From positions 17,360,001 through 17,424,000 of the forward strand of contig OZ316775.1 in the NCBI GenBank assembly GCA_973851085.1: a DNA stretch of 64,000 nt, read 5' to 3'. A program made the position numbers and the translations under genes. How positions within the stretch are numbered: position 1 is the first letter of the stretch; every line of letters begins with the position of its first letter. This document shows, piece after piece, positions 24,176 through 39,339 of this stretch. The notes beneath the pieces are model-generated. The model was given only the letters and a program-made list of their open reading frames with translations. It was not told where the DNA came from and did not search any database. Source of the stretch: Ptychomitrium polyphyllum. Taxonomy: Eukaryota.

Positions 24176-27100
24176 TATTAGGGACACAAAAAATAAGAAG
24201 CAAAAACAAAATGTTTCCTAAGAATTAACTTGCAAAAAACTAATGATCAACAAGAACTTGATACAAAGACTAAAACAAGGCAGGATTCAAGATAATCACA
24301 ACTTGTGTTGGCAAGACTAAGAAATACCTTGTCTTGCCTCCTATTTATACTATGACGTGTGTATCTCCTAGAATACTTCTAAAGAAGCTCTCTACAAGGC
24401 TTAAGAATGTTTTGGAAGTCTAGGGAACCTTCCCAAGAAGTTTTCTAAGATGTTGGAAACTTTTTAAAAAGCTTCGAAGTTGAGTTGGAATCTTCCTAGG
24501 AAGTTTCTCAAGGTAGCGGAACCTTCTTAGGAAGTGTCATAAAGAGATAGATCCTTCCTGGGAAGTTTCTTGAGGTGGTGGAACTTTCTTAGGAAGTCTC
24601 CTAAGATAATAAAATCTTCCTAGGAAGTTTTCTAAGGTGATGGAATCTTTGTAGGAAGTTTCCAAAGAAGTTACGTAAGATTATAGAACCTTCCTAGGAA
24701 GCTTCTTAAGAATATGGAACAACTATGGGGACATTTATAAGTATTCTAAGAAGCTATTATAATATACTAGAAGATACTATAATGTTTTAAGGACTATGTT
24801 GCATGATTTATGTCTGTGGCATCACCTTCCAATTTAGCAACAAGTCCCATGAGGAGCTCTATTTTTATCTTGCTTGTTACATTTTTACTAAATCCAAAAT
24901 TTGTCGAATGATTAAGCATCATACTCTAGTCGTTGTTCTTTGTTCACTAGTTCAATTGGTCCTTGCAAGAAGCGCCGATGACCACCAGCCAAGACTTCTA
25001 TTGTTGAAATGTCCCATCTTAAGATCTGATCTTGATTAAGTCCTTCAAAACATCCTCCAAACAAGATTTCGGGTCTTCCAGGAATGACTCTTCCAATTTC
25101 TAACAAGATGACTAAAGCGCGAGCATCTGAATCAAGACTAGAATGTGAATGGCAACTAGTCATATTTTTGCACGAGATCGGACTTGACTTTGGAATGTCC
25201 CTCTTTTATCTTGGCTTAGATCCTCCGAAACTGAACGCTCAGAAAGTTGACTTGGCTCAACAGATGCTGTTGTTGATAAAACATGGCTGAGTTCTCTTCA
25301 CGCATATCCATGATAATACAAAGATTTGACATGCTAGCTGGGATCTAGAAATGATCTATCTTAGAAATAATGTTGCATACAATTGAAGGTTTGGATATCT
25401 CTCCTCCCTTCTTATACTTGTTTATGAAGGAAAAACTTCTCTGTGAAGCTAATGGCTGCTGATGACACATCATCACTGACCTGGTTTCTGAGGATATCTT
25501 TGATGAAATTTGCGTACCTTCTTGGATGCATTTGTTATATTAGTTGAAGGTTCCTATGTTTGGTCATTGATGCCATATCCTTGCCAATGTATAAGGTACT
25601 CCACACATCCATTCTTAATGAGTGAGTCTAAGATTTCTTCTACTTCATATTCAATTTCATTATTGATTTCCAACGGAGGAGGCGGAGGGACAATTCTTTC
25701 TAGTATACATGATTTGGTATACATTTCCAACAACAATACGTGGAATATTGGATGAATTTGCATGCTTGGTGGTAGCTTTAGGCGATAATTAACCGGATAT
25801 ATTTTTTTGTTGATTTCAAACGGTCCCAGCCTTTGATAGTCCTACTTCTTTGATGGTCTTTTTGTTTGTATACTTTGTCGTAGGAGGCATACGCTATCTC
25901 CAATCTTGAACATAGGATGGTCCTTTTGATGGCAATCAACATAAGTTTTGTAACGATCTTGAGCTTGTTGAAACTAAAAGGTAAATTCTTAATGGAGTAT
26001 AGCAAGTTGAATTGCAGAATCCCCTGTTGCAGGACTTCCAACATGCTTCACTTGAAATGGATCTGCTCAAGGATGATGGCCATAGTTTGCAAAGAATGGA
26101 CTTTGATTTGTTGAAGAATGCACCGTATTGTTGTAAGCAAATTCTGCCAAAAGCAAGAGGTCCATCTAGTTGTCTTGCTGGTAGTTTATGCAACAACAAA
26201 GGTATTGCTCCAAAATTTGATTCACACGTTCGGTTTGGCCATCAGTTTGCGGATTGTGTATGCTGAAAAAAGATTGATCCTTATATGCAATAGCTAGAAT
26301 AGAGCCCTCCAAAAGTTGGAAATGAACTGCGACTTCCAATCACATATAATATCATCTGGTAGTCTATGTATGCGGTAGACGTGATTTAGGAACAACTTGG
26401 CAGTTTCTTTTCTTGTTACTATCTTATTGCATGAAATGAAATGTGCCATTTTGGTAAATCGATCTACCACTATCAAAATAGAATCCTAAGAATTAGAGAT
26501 TAGAAGGTGCGCAATAAAACCCATTCATAAAAACAACCATGGGTCCCTTAGCACTAGAAGCGAATGGAGGAGATTATGAGGTTGGTGCCTTGGTACCTTG
26601 GCTCTTGCACAAGTGTTGCATGATCAAATAAAGTCCTTCACGTAATTCCACATTTGTGGCCACCAATAGTTTCTAGCAATCAACTCCGTTGTCTTATTGA
26701 ATCCAAAATGTCCTGCTGATGGAAAATCATGACGTGCTTGAAGGATCTTCAACCGCAAAGGGCCTGGAGGTAGGTACAAAAGTCCTTTATAATAAAGTAT
26801 ACCCTCTTGGAATTCAAAGTCATCATCGCTATATGAAGGACCTCAATTGTCTTTGAGGCGCTTCTTTATATTTGAAAAAAACACATCATTCTTCAAAGCC
26901 TTCTGAATTTTGTCACGATGGAATGTTGTTGTAATAATGGCTGCTTTCAATCGCAGATTCTCTGGCTTCAATAAGATAGTCCTTTGTTGATACAAAACAT
27001 CATCTCAAGGTTGAGGAGCTAAATTAGATCTTTGAGATAAGGCATCTGACTTACCTTGTAAGCTACCAAATCGATAGGTAATGACAAAGTCAAATCTAGA

Positions 27101-30100
27101 AAGCAACATACTCCACCTTGCTTGACGGCGATTCAAAACACGCGCACTCATGAAATACTCCAAGTTTTTGTGGTCTATGTATATTGTGATGGTATGTTGA
27201 ATTCCTTCCAATAAGTGTCATTATTCCTCAAATGCATCCACAATTGCAAATAACTCCTTATTATATATATCATAGTTGATCTGTGCCGTTGAATACTTCT
27301 TTGAACAAAAGGCAAGAGGGTGAAGCGTCCCGTCTTCATCATATTCTGAGAATACTGAGCCAAGCGCAAAATCTGAGGCATCCGCTTCCAAATAGAAAGG
27401 CTTTGATGGATTTCGATGAATGAGGATTGGAGCCGACGTGAATGACTTCTTAAGACTTTGAAATGCTTTTTCCGCCTCTTCATCCCAAATGAATTTTTGC
27501 TTTCCCGTAAGACGTTTTAATGGTGCCACAATCTTGGAATAATCTTTGATAAATATCCTATAGAAGTTTGCAAATTTCAAAAAACATTAAATACCTCAAA
27601 TTGATTTTGGCGTACTCTACACTATGACAATGCTTATTTTCTTCTTATCCGTATGGATTCTTTGTTTGGAAATGGTGTAGCCTAAAAATTCAATCAAGGA
27701 CTCATGGAAAAGGCACTTCTCCAATTTGGAATATAATCCTCGCTAGCATAGTATTTCTAGGATCAGTCGCACATGACATTGATGGTCTTGTTCATCCTTT
27801 GAATATATCAGAATGTCATCTAAATAGATGACTACAAAATCGTCAAAATGTTCATGGAAGATATCATTCATCATATGTTGGAAGATTGCAGGGGCATTAA
27901 TATGGCCAAAAGGCATGACATTATATTCAAAATGATCAAACGTAGATCAAAAAGCTATCTTCCATTTGTCGCCTTCTTTGATGTGTACAAGATTGTAGGC
28001 TCCTCTAAGATCAATCTTGGTGAATATCTTTGCTTGACCAAGTTGTTGTAGGAATCCTGAGATTAATGGTAACGGATAGCGCTCCTTCTAAGTCACTTTG
28101 TTGAGGCCTCGATAGTTCACGCACGTACATAATGATCCATCTTTTTTCCTTACAAATACAATGGGTGCTCCAGCAGGTGATTTAGAGTGTTGAATGAAAC
28201 CCTTTCCAAGGTTTTCATCAATATATTCTTTCAAGGCAGCCAACTCAGTTTGTGATAAGTTAGAAATAGGTCCAAAATGTGGTTGGGCTCTTTCTTGCAA
28301 CTCAATGGTACAATCGTAAGGCCGGTGTTTTGGTAACATGTTTGCATTTTTCTTTTCAAAAACGTCTTTATAATCTTAATATTGACGAGGTATGTTTTGA
28401 TTAGTCTCTATTATAAAGCTTGATATTGGCGTGGCATAAATGGCATAGATTGGTTCATCTTTTGCTGCTCTCATAAATGCCTTAACTCCAATAAATGATG
28501 GTCCAAGATTTCTCATACCTTAACATCTTTTCCTTGAGACCACAATCTGTGAGCGCCAATCAATGTCCGGATTTTGTAATTTAAACCAAGGAAGGCCCAA
28601 AACAATAGGATTCGTTCGGTATTGAATGATGTTGAAGATAATTTTATATGCCTGATCCTCTAAAACAACTTCCAAGGATTGAGTTTCTTCAATAACGTTG
28701 CCAGATGCAAGAGATCGTCCATCAATAACTTCAATAGGTGCGGGATATTTTTTGTTCACAAGGATCATGTCATGCTTAATTGCAAAATCCTTGTCCATGC
28801 AACATGCTGTTGCATTAGTGTCTAAAAGAGCCTCACTAATTATTTCATCATCTAATAATTTAATTTTGATAGGAAATGTAAAACAAAAAGTAGGGCTTGA
28901 AGGTAGTAAGAGATCTTGATTTGATGGTCGTTTCTTTGTGGTGTCCAGTTGCATGGTTTCTACTATGGCTAGACAGCCTCGTTTTCCAACTCCACCATTG
29001 TGCTTTGAGCCTTAAAGGCAGATCCTTTGATTTGCCAATCGCGCACTTTATGTCCAAACTTGCCACAATACAAACATAAGATTTTTTTTTTACGTCTTTC
29101 TTTTTCTTTTGGAGTCAAACGTCTAAACTGGGCAACATTAATTTGCATAGGTTCTGGTTCTTGTGGTAGATATTCCAATACTTTTGAAGAAGTGGTAGCC
29201 ATGCTTTGATGTACTGGTCGCCATCCCAAGCATTGTTCTTAGCGCCTCTCAAATAATGTATTGTCACATGCTATTGCTTGAATGATGAATTTGTCCAATG
29301 TTTCAACTCTTGGCATTGTAAGTAGCAAGTCCTTTACATTCTGTCTTAAGCCCCATCAGAATCGTATGACCAAGGCTTTATCATTCCAATCAAGGTCGCA
29401 AGCTAATTGTTGAAACTTTGCAGCATATGTAGCAGCTGAGCGTTGTCCTTGTTGAAGACTCTGGATCCTTGTCTCAGCCACCTTTTTTTGGTTGGTGTCT
29501 CCAAAAGTAGATGTTAGTGCTTCTATGAAAGCATCTAAGTTGTTCAATAATGGTGATTGCTTTTCCATTAATGGTGCCAACCACGATAGTACATTGTTTA
29601 ATAAAAGAGTGGCCACAAATCCCATTTGAGTTGTACCATCAGGATAGCAAGATTGATGCAAACTAAAGAAGAGCCATATGTGTTGAATAAAGCCTCTCAA
29701 TTTTGATCTTGATCCATCAAACTTGTCTGGCATGCTAATCTTTGGCTCTAGATGGGTTTGACGTAAACCTTCTCTTTCAATATTGGCCTCTTGTAATCGA
29801 ACAACCTCTTGATATAAGCTTTGAATATTACCATTGGATTTCTTAGCTTGCCGAGTGTGTTGCTTCAAATTGTTGGTGGTATTAAAACAAGCAAGTTTCG
29901 TTTAAATTGTGTTTAATAATTCTTGAAAGTCTGCAATAGTTGCAAACCTATTCTTTGATGTTCCAGGCACGTTATCCATTTCTTAAGATTGGCAAAGCCA
30001 AGAAGACTATGAGTACTTTCAAAGGAGGAAAATCCACATCCTTTGAAAGAAGTAATACTTGATTCTAGAAGGAAAAACAAACTCCATGGTGCCAGCTTAG

Positions 30101-30862
30101 AGGAGGATAATCTGCAATCGCTAAGACGCTATGCAATCCTAAAGAAGTTAGGTAATCCACAATCTTCTTTGAAGAACCTTAGCTCTGATATAGATGAAAA
30201 ATCGTGTTGCCAAATTGTTAGGTACATAAGAAATAAGAAGCAGAAACAAAGTGTTTCCCAAGAATTAGCTTCCAAAGAGCTAATGATTAACAAGAACTTG
30301 ATACAAAGACTAAAACAAGACAGGATTCAAGATAATCCACAACTTGTGTTGGCAAGACTAAGGAATACCTTATTTTGCCTCTTATTTATATTATGACATT
30401 TGTATCTCCTAGGATACTTCTAAAGAAGCTTCCTATAAGGCTTAAGAATGTTCTAAAAGTCTATGGAACCTTCCCAAGAAGTTTCTTAAGATGTTGGAAC
30501 CTTCCTTGGAAATTCCCTAAGATAGCGGAACCTTCTTAGGAAGTATCCTAAAGATTTAAAACCTTCCTAAGAAGTTTCCTGAGGTGGTGGAACTTTCTTA
30601 AAAAGTTTCCTAAGATGATGGAATTTTCCTAGGAAGTTTTCTAAGGTGATGGAATCTTTGTAGGAAGTTTCCTAAGAAATTACCTAGGATGATAGAACCT
30701 TCCTAGGAAATTTTCTTAGGTGGAAGTACTTTCCTAGGAAGCTTCCTAAGAACATAGAACGACTATGGAGACATTTATAAGTATTTTAAGAAGCTATTAT
30801 AGTATACTAGAAGGATCTAGAATATTCTAAGGAACATGTTTGCATGATCTATGTCCGCGACA
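24176..30862 (-). mobile_element. Full-length decayed family A Gypsy element nested antisense in the integrase of the plus-strand copy
   Basis: LTRs 24176-24821 and 30216-30862. TSD ACACC (24171-24175) / ACACT (30863-30867). gag-pol-chromodomain fragments colinear with 7550-14282. Confidence 0.93.
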
Positions 30863-33800
30863 ACACTATCTACAAGCTGATGGTCTAACAAAATGTGTGA
30901 ATCAATATTTGGAGCTCAATATATTCTCATGATTTTTTGTTATTTTAGTATCTAACATCATAACAACAAATGAAAATAAAACTGCAATATCTCCTATGTA
31001 AACATGCGCTTGATGGCAAATCATTGAATGTTAGGAAATGAAAATTAAACAATTTTGCTTAAAACGCTTCTAATTTCAAGAAGGTATGAGGCGCTTTGAA
31101 GGAGGCAAATGCCCGCCGCTGGATTCTTGTTAAATTACCTGTTATTTTCAAATTTATAATTTGCAACTCAACTTGCTAATATCCAATAAGAAATTATTTT
31201 TTTATTTATAGCAAGCTCAAGAGCATTACAAAATTTATGCAAATAGTTATTGGAAGGGCCATGTTTAAAGTTGGAAAAAGCGTATGGCTCGTATGACAAA
31301 ATATACAAACAAAAAGACCATCAAAAAAGCTGGATTATCAATGGCTAGAACAGTTTGAAATCAGTAAACAGATAGATCTGGTTAGTTATCACCTCAAACT
31401 ACCACCAACCATACAAATTTATCTAATATTCCATGTATTATTGTTGGAAACCTTTAACAAGTCATGAATACCAAAGAAAATTATTCCACTGTTTTCTCCA
31501 TTGGAAATCATTAATGAAATGGAGTATAAAGTCAAAGAAATTGAAATTTCACGCATTATGATTGGACAAGTAGAGTACCTTATACATTTGCAAGGATATG
31601 GCATCAATGACTGAATTTGGGAACCTTTGATGAACGTAATAAATGCATCTAAAAAGGTATGCAAATTTCATTAAAGATATCTATAAACACCAGGTCAGCA
31701 ATAACAAATTATTGGTAGCCATTAGCTTTACAGAGCAGTTTTTTCCATAGACAAATAGAAAAAGAAAGAAGAGATATTTAAACTTTCAATTGTGTGCAAC
31801 ATTATTTCCAAGATGCATCATCTCTAGGTCCTAGTTAGTATGTCAACTCTTTGTGTTGTTATGGATATGAATGAAGAGCAATCGGAGGTGCTTTCATCAA
31901 CAATAGCATCTATAAAAACAACTTAACTTTTTCATCCTTCAGTAATGGAGGATCTAAGCCAAGATGTGAGAGAGATAATTTATCAAATAAAATACCGTCT
32001 CGCTAATTAAAACAATCCCTTGCTCACATGTTTTTTTTATATTAATGTTTGTTAAGGATTTTGTTGTATTTGTGATGTATCTCTAGCTTATTTAACTTTT
32101 AGTGAGCAAGTTTATTATTTGTTATTTTTGGTAGCCTAATTAAAGCTGTTTAGCTTCAATTATCTTATATAATTAAGTAGCTAATAACTACCATGACTAG
32201 TGGTCGCAAAATGTGGGCCTAATAAGCACTTTAACTTTAGTAGTACACTAGAAGTGCTCAACTTATCTTATGGAACTACATAATTATCAGTTGATAATTT
32301 CTTATAAGTGTTTCATTTTCCATTGCTTGGTGAGTCACTTGCTTACAAGTCTTAGTAAGACCTCCAACTGTCATGCAATTCTAATACAAATCCTCTTGTA
32401 TAATCGACCACCTTCAAATTCTCTAGTTGCAACAGTAGTTAAGCTTCCAAGGATTCAATTAAGACACCAATTGTACATTAACTCCAATACAAACTCTGTG
32501 ACTACTCTTCTGCAATGATTAAATGACACCAAGGCCTAGCTGATTTCCTTTAGGCCGTTGTTCTTGAGTTGTGCTGAAGTGGATTACTGCAAAACCATAA
32601 CTTTGTTTGCTGCTAGTCCCTTTGCCATCTTTTTTTCTCTGTTTCACTCTAGCTTTGCAAGTTGCTATGAGCCTAAATTAATCCTCGCTATAATGGCCAA
32701 TTTAGCTCACACAATTCTAATTTGGCTATGGTTATTTACGTTGCATTGTAGTCCAAGGTTAAATTTTATATAGATTATAATCAAATTCATAATTGTTCAA
32801 GTTTTCTTATATATTAGTATACATCCAATTAGAAGTGTAATAAAATAGCTATGTGCCAAATTATTACTTGTTTACTACAACTCTAATGATTTAATATTTT
32901 AGAAGACTTTAGTGAATTGATTGGCCTTAATTTAAGAAGATATTTTTCCTTATTTAGTAGTCTAAACTACTAGCCACCAAACTGTTACTCTAATCAATCA
33001 TACAACACTTTCCCTTCAAGGCAGCAAGACCCCCTCACACCAAATTGGATGCCACGGGCGCTTCACATTTTCAAATCTTATGATCTTGGTATTTGTAAAA
33101 CCGCAACTATTAAATATAGCTTCTTCCAAAATTTGAAAATCTGATATTTAAAGGCAAAATCTGAGGGCAATTTTCAATCCTAAGTAGGTGCAATGAAATC
33201 TCCGGGTGTAGACCTTGTTGCACCAAATCAGCCGCCATCCATGCCTTATAGCTTCAAATCTTATAATCTTGATATGTATATAATCTTCACAACTTGGTTT
33301 ACCTTGTCCAATAGTTTTTGCTTTGTTTGGAGTTGTATGTGCAATGATATGCTCCTCCAAAGTTGAGTATCTTCAGCTGCCACGGCAGCCAACCTCCTTC
33401 CACTAAAAACACCTCCACTGTCTTTTCCCTTATTAGAATTGGGCGACTTTTAGCTTGTTAAAATCCTTACTTCTTCCACTTCCTTCCTACAAAAATATTC
33501 TATCATAACTATTGTCATTTATTTGCAATGTTCCGTCAAAGTTTTGGCATTCCCCATTTTCACCCTCACTTTCTTCTCCTACTCCTTCCTTTGGCTACCT
33601 TTTCTCTCTCTGGGCCACCGTTCTATGTATTAGTATTGTGCTCTAACTTTTAAATTCCAATACCTGATTTTTGACTAAGCCGCCTTATCTCAATGGCATG
33701 GTGTGCTCTTAACCAACCTCAATCATTTTTTAACTCCTTGCACTAACTTACATAGTCATACTAATTTAACTTATGTTCCAATCTACTTACAATTGACTTC

Positions 33801-35261
33801 CATTAACTCATCTAAGTTTCCACTAATTAAATACTAACTTGTTACTAAATTTTTGTAGCTTATCACAAACTTGGTTTTAATTACTTGCAATGTCTTTTTT
33901 TTTTTTTTTGTACTTTGTTTGCACTTGATTATAGCAAGTGTTCTTCAGTTCTTTTAACTGGAGGAAACTCCTCTTGGACCTCCTTGTTCAACTTGCTAAT
34001 TTAATCATAATTCCTAGTGATTAATTATTTTAAAATACTAATTAAGTCTGACCACTAATTCACTTCTTTGCCACAAATAGCAGCTTCCATGATTTTTTGA
34101 TATTTTCCATAGACCTAACTAGTTTAACCACCCTTAAATTTAGTTAATCACTAGAATGACTCTCATTGATATCAATGTAAGTCTATTTCCTAGCAATTAA
34201 TGCTAATACTTAACAATTAATAAAAATTGGCCAATTGAGTTGATTTTTAGCTCACAATCTTGGTGGATCCTTTGTGTGGTTGGTCGCTGGTCTGCTGGCT
34301 CCGCTTGTATGTGCGGCTCTGCTGGTTCCGCCTTCAAAGATTAGAACCCTGTTGGCCTTGCTATTTAGCTAATGCAGTATCGTTTCTCTCCATACAAGCT
34401 CGGAAGAAAAAGAAAAAAAACAACTACAAAGTTCTAGCTAATTGAAGGCTGACCTCCTCTTTTATACTCTTACTAACTCTTATTAACTCTTACTCCATCT
34501 ATACTTTTATTAAACTTCTGCATCAATTTTAATACTTGCTTATTTTTTTTGCCACTTCTATGGTCTTACTTGCTATTCATTCATTTTCTCAAAAACTCTT
34601 TCTCCAAGACTTTCTTCTAAGAGACTTCTTCCTTCCTTTTTACTACTAATTCAATACTATGTAATTCCAGTTCTATAAATCTTGTTTTTTTAAGCTATCT
34701 TCAAAATACCATAACTACTCCTTAAATACCCTCCTTCATTTGCCCACTTGTCCTTTAGTTCTCTTAATAACAACTATAATTCAACTTCTTTTGCCTTAGT
34801 TAGACCTAATCTCTTCTACAATGTTTAATTTTGTTGTTTTTTTTAAAAAGAAAATCAATAATGAGTTGTTTTTACAACTCACACATTCCAGCACTAAGTA
34901 CGTCCTTATGCAGAAATATTGACTAATTTCCCTTCACATTCTAGTCTTAATTCTAATGCTTGAGTTCTAGTTATTTTGTTAGAAATTGAAAAAGTTACTC
35001 CTAGAAGACTCAATATCTTGTTTGGATGATGTTTTGAAGGATTTAATCAAAATTAAACCTTGGGCTATAACATTTCAACAACAGAAGTCTTAACCAATGG
35101 TCATTGGCATTTTTTGCAAGGACCAATTGAATTTGTGAATAAAGAACAACAAGCAAAATATGTTGCTTCACTTCTTCAATAAATTTTGAAATTTGTGGAG
35201 ATGTGACAAGCAAGCTACAAGAAAAGCTCCTCATAGGACTCGTTGCTAATTAGAAAGGTGA

Positions 35262-35832
35262 TGTCACGAATATAAATCATGCAACATAGTCTTTAGAACC
35301 TTCTAGAACCTTGTAGTATATTTTAGTAGTTTCTTAGAATACTTTCAAATGTTTCCATAACCATTTCTATGTTTTTAGGAAAGTTCTAAGAAAATCCCAC
35401 TACCTTAGGAAACTTCCTAGAAAAGTTTCACCACTTTGGAAAACTTCCTAAAAAGATTCCATCACTTCAAGAAACTTTCTAAGAAGGTTCTAGCTCTTTA
35501 CAAAATCTCCTAGGAAGGTTCTAATTCTTTAGAAGCTTCTTAGGAAGGTTCCAACATCTTAGAATACTTCTTGGGATGGTTTCATAGACTTTTAGAACAT
35601 TCTTAAGCCTTGTACAAAGCTTTGTTAGAAGAATCTGAAGAGATTTAAGCGTCATATTATAAATAGGAGGCAAGACAAGGTATTCCTTAGTCTAGCCAAC
35701 AGAAGCTCTAGATTATCTTGTATCCTAACTTGTTCTACTCTTTGTATCAAGTTCTTGTTAATCATTAGTTCTTTGGAAGCTAATTCTTTGGAAGCACTTT
35801 GTTTCCACTTCTAGTTTCTTATGTCCCTAATA
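35262..35832 (+). repeat. 3' LTR of plus-strand family A element
   Basis: TGTCACGAA...GTCCCTAATA, reverse-complement homologous to 7550-8213, preceded by family A 3' internal sequence. Confidence 0.85.
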
Positions 35833-38800
35833 GTGCTATGGTTTGTTTTAAAGATTCACGGCTTCTTAAAGCATGGAGGATTATTTTGTCTTGGTGTATC
35901 CTCTAAAGACAACAACACTATGGTAGAGCATTTTTCCATTGTGTCAATGATGTTCTTCATGGACAACATGGCACTTGGGCTATTCCAATAAAGTAAAGGG
36001 ATTTTTTTGTTCTTGAATGCAATGGCAAGTTTTATTGTGCAGATTATACAAAACATTTGGAAGATGATGTTGTAAATAGTCCACCTAGTCGTGTTCTCAA
36101 AACCTTCAAAGTTTATTCTTCTATGCGTTTTATGAGCAAAAATCCTCCCTATCCACTTGATGACAAAGAATAACTTTACAACAAATTCAAGAGGTAGTAA
36201 GAACCAATTGTGTGATTACTCTAATGGTTGATTGATTAGTCAAGTGTTTAAAGTTCCAACTCTCTAAATAATACCTTCCAAGCAATGGTTATCATTTGAT
36301 TTATTTAAAACAAATGATTAAAAAAAATACAAGAAAAAAAATAAAAATTAGATGGAAATAGGAAAAATAGAAGAGATGGATGAGAAAAATTGGATGGAAC
36401 AAGTAATTAGATCAAAACAAGGTTGCTGGATGAAAACAACACAGCACAGTACAACAGCAACCGTAGAAGTAGAAAATCTTTCAAACTTCAAACCCTCATA
36501 ACTTTCTCATTTTAGCTCCAAATTTGATGATTTTTGTGATTATCTTTTTTAATTTTTTCTCTTTTATCTAGTAAACATATCAAATTTCAACAATAAATCC
36601 ACTAATAATAAGTTCAAAGTAGACTAGCAAGGGTGTAAAACAACCAATTTACAACAAAAACTTATAAAAATAAAGATAAATACAATTCTTTGGTGTCTCA
36701 ATGGGCCGCCCTTGCCAAAGGCTCAAACTAAAGATGAGAAAGAGAGAATAAGGTCTTGAGAGGGCCTTAAATACCTACTTGTTAACAACTTGCTAACCAC
36801 TTGCTAACAACTTACAAGCCACTTGCCAACAACTTTCAGAGAAGACCAATGGTTGGCATCCATTTGCCAAGAGGTGATAATAAATCATCATGGCTACCAA
36901 TCAATGCACAATTTTTTATTCCTAATAATTTACTTAACCAATCTCATGCAAAATATCTTACTAATTAATGAAAAATATTAATTTTTAAGAAGATTTTACT
37001 AGGAGTTGGCTTGATTTGTTGTTATGAGAATAACGTTTGAAAACTAGAATAGCTATTCATCTTTTTTCTTTAGCACTACTTGTGGCTTCAAAAGCAAAGT
37101 AACTTTTTTTTTTCTTCTTTCATCATCTTTTGTGGCTTTAAAAGTAAACTACTTCTTCATCTTCTTCCTTCACCATCATTTGCGGCTTTAAGAATGGAAT
37201 AATTTCTCATCATTTTCTTCCACCATACTTTAATTACAACTAATTCCACTTTTTCTAACAAATTCATCTTAAATAAGAATTAACATTCTATAGAATCTAA
37301 ATTTTATAATTGGATTCTATGAAAATAAGTTCATAATTTAGGCCAAAACCGTTATTTTTTACAATTGACAATTAACTAACATTATATCTTATCAAAATAC
37401 CAAAAATTAACTTAATAAAAATTTGGTGCTTAATCTAAGGTTGACACCTTTGCAAGCAAAAGAACTAATAAGGCTTGTATATTACGTATCAAGTGCAGTT
37501 GGTAGTTGTAGTCCAAAACTTGGTCATACACATCAACAATTATATCCAAAAACAATATATGGCATCAATGTGGAAATGGTTGCTAGTGTAGAGAAAGAAG
37601 ATGGAGGTTGTAGTTATCTTGACATTCTTGAAGGATGTGATGCAATTTGAAGAGCTTTTTTTCCATTTTCCATAAAAACCAGCTAAAGGTTGGTTCTAAT
37701 TACACTTCTTGCATTTTGTAGATCTTTAGTGGACTCCATTGATTCCTATTAAATGTCTACCACTTTGTGTGTAGTCTTAGCAAAATGATTGTGATGAATT
37801 GCTACCGTCCATTCCCACAAAGTTACAATAATCAACTCCACTTTTTGTTCAAATTTATGCACTGCAACCATGTATTTCATCCTCCTTGTATGAAAGTCAA
37901 TTCCTACAATAACAACAATGAGCTGCTATCACTCTAAATATGTTTAAGCAGGAAAAGGAAAAAATACAAGGCCATATTAGAAATAGCCCTAAGATATAAA
38001 TAATGAAATGGTGGAATACTTGTAGAAATGGTGATGTTTAGAGCTATTGTGGAATATGTACGCAAATAACTTACTGCTCCAATTTGATTATACAATAAAG
38101 ATACCACTATTGTGTCTTTCAAGGTCTTCAAGAACTTTACAATGTGTCATAATGACATTTATGGATGTTATTTGTATGGATGTTGAATGATTTGGCAAGT
38201 TTTTTTCTATTTATCACTATTTTTTCTTTCTTTTGTTTAATATGGCAATAAGAACTTCACTAAGTGTCCTCAAATTAAGCCCATTTGGTATTTGTAATAG
38301 CCTTAGCACTAATTAAAAAGGTGCTAAATAGTTCCATAATTGTTATTTTGTCCCATAATAGGGAATGTTTTATTACCTTATTTGGAATCCAAGAATTCAA
38401 AACTTCACCAAATTGATAAAAGTGACATCTACAATGCTTATTGTTTATGCTCCACTTCTTAAGACTTCTACTCTAAAATGTAAGCTTTATTACACTTCTC
38501 TAATTTTTTCAGTACTTTGTTCCACTGTTGCTTATTATATAACTATTCCAAAGGCCCTTCATTTACCTCTAGCCTTTGTGCATAGTAGCAACTACAACCA
38601 CTCTATTAAAACTAATGATTGTCGTAAGTCCTTGGACTTTACCTATCAATAAATGATAATAAAGGTTTGCAAGATCCCTGCCACTATCAGCTTTGTAATC
38701 TTGGCATCTACATGCAAGCTTGTTGCATACTTCTCCTTAAAAAGGCTCGCAATATTAAGGGCACAAGGAAAACACCGGAGTAACGTCCAAGACTTGTGAT

Positions 38801-39339
38801 GCCAATGGTGAGGTGACCTGAATAGACTTAGTATGGAAAAAGACCTTAAGAGAGAGGAATATCCTTGTCTACAAAGACTTAGAGCCATAAGAGAGATGTC
38901 ATAGGCATTGAATGCCTCATGAAGCTAAAGATTATTTAAATTAGATAAAAAAGCTAGAAAGTCTGTAATTTCAAAGTTGAGATTATCCAAAGGCTATTTT
39001 AAACCGTACCTGTTCTAAACTGTGACTGTGTTGGATTAGGACATTGGAAAGAAGGACTTCCTATAAGTTTCAAATCTTGGGAGAGGTGTATCTTTTTGAA
39101 TATTAATTCAAATTGGACATTTGAAGAGTCTACTAGCACCTGTTCAAATAATAGATGATAATAGAATAATTGCAAAATAGATTTGGAGACCGATAGTAAA
39201 AGATATCGGATCCTAAAGATCCGCAGGAAGTTCCGGACGTTCCTAGTGGTTAAATTTCAAGGAAAATTGGGTAGTCTTTCAAAGTTTTGGATGTGTTCAG
39301 GTTCGGCTAACTATAGAGGGCCATAGGGCTTGCTAGATT

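Larger units (their letters stand above)
20775..35832 (+). mobile_element. Older 5'-truncated family A Gypsy element on the plus strand, interrupted by nested insertions
   Basis: gag-pol fragments 20775-24175. Integrase resumes at ~30868 (HH.Q.DG.T..VNQ.LE), chromodomain ~31380-31700, 3' region resumes ~34920, PPT-like AGAAAGGTGA, then 3' LTR 35262-35832. An unclassified insertion occupies ~31975-34915. Confidence 0.8.
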
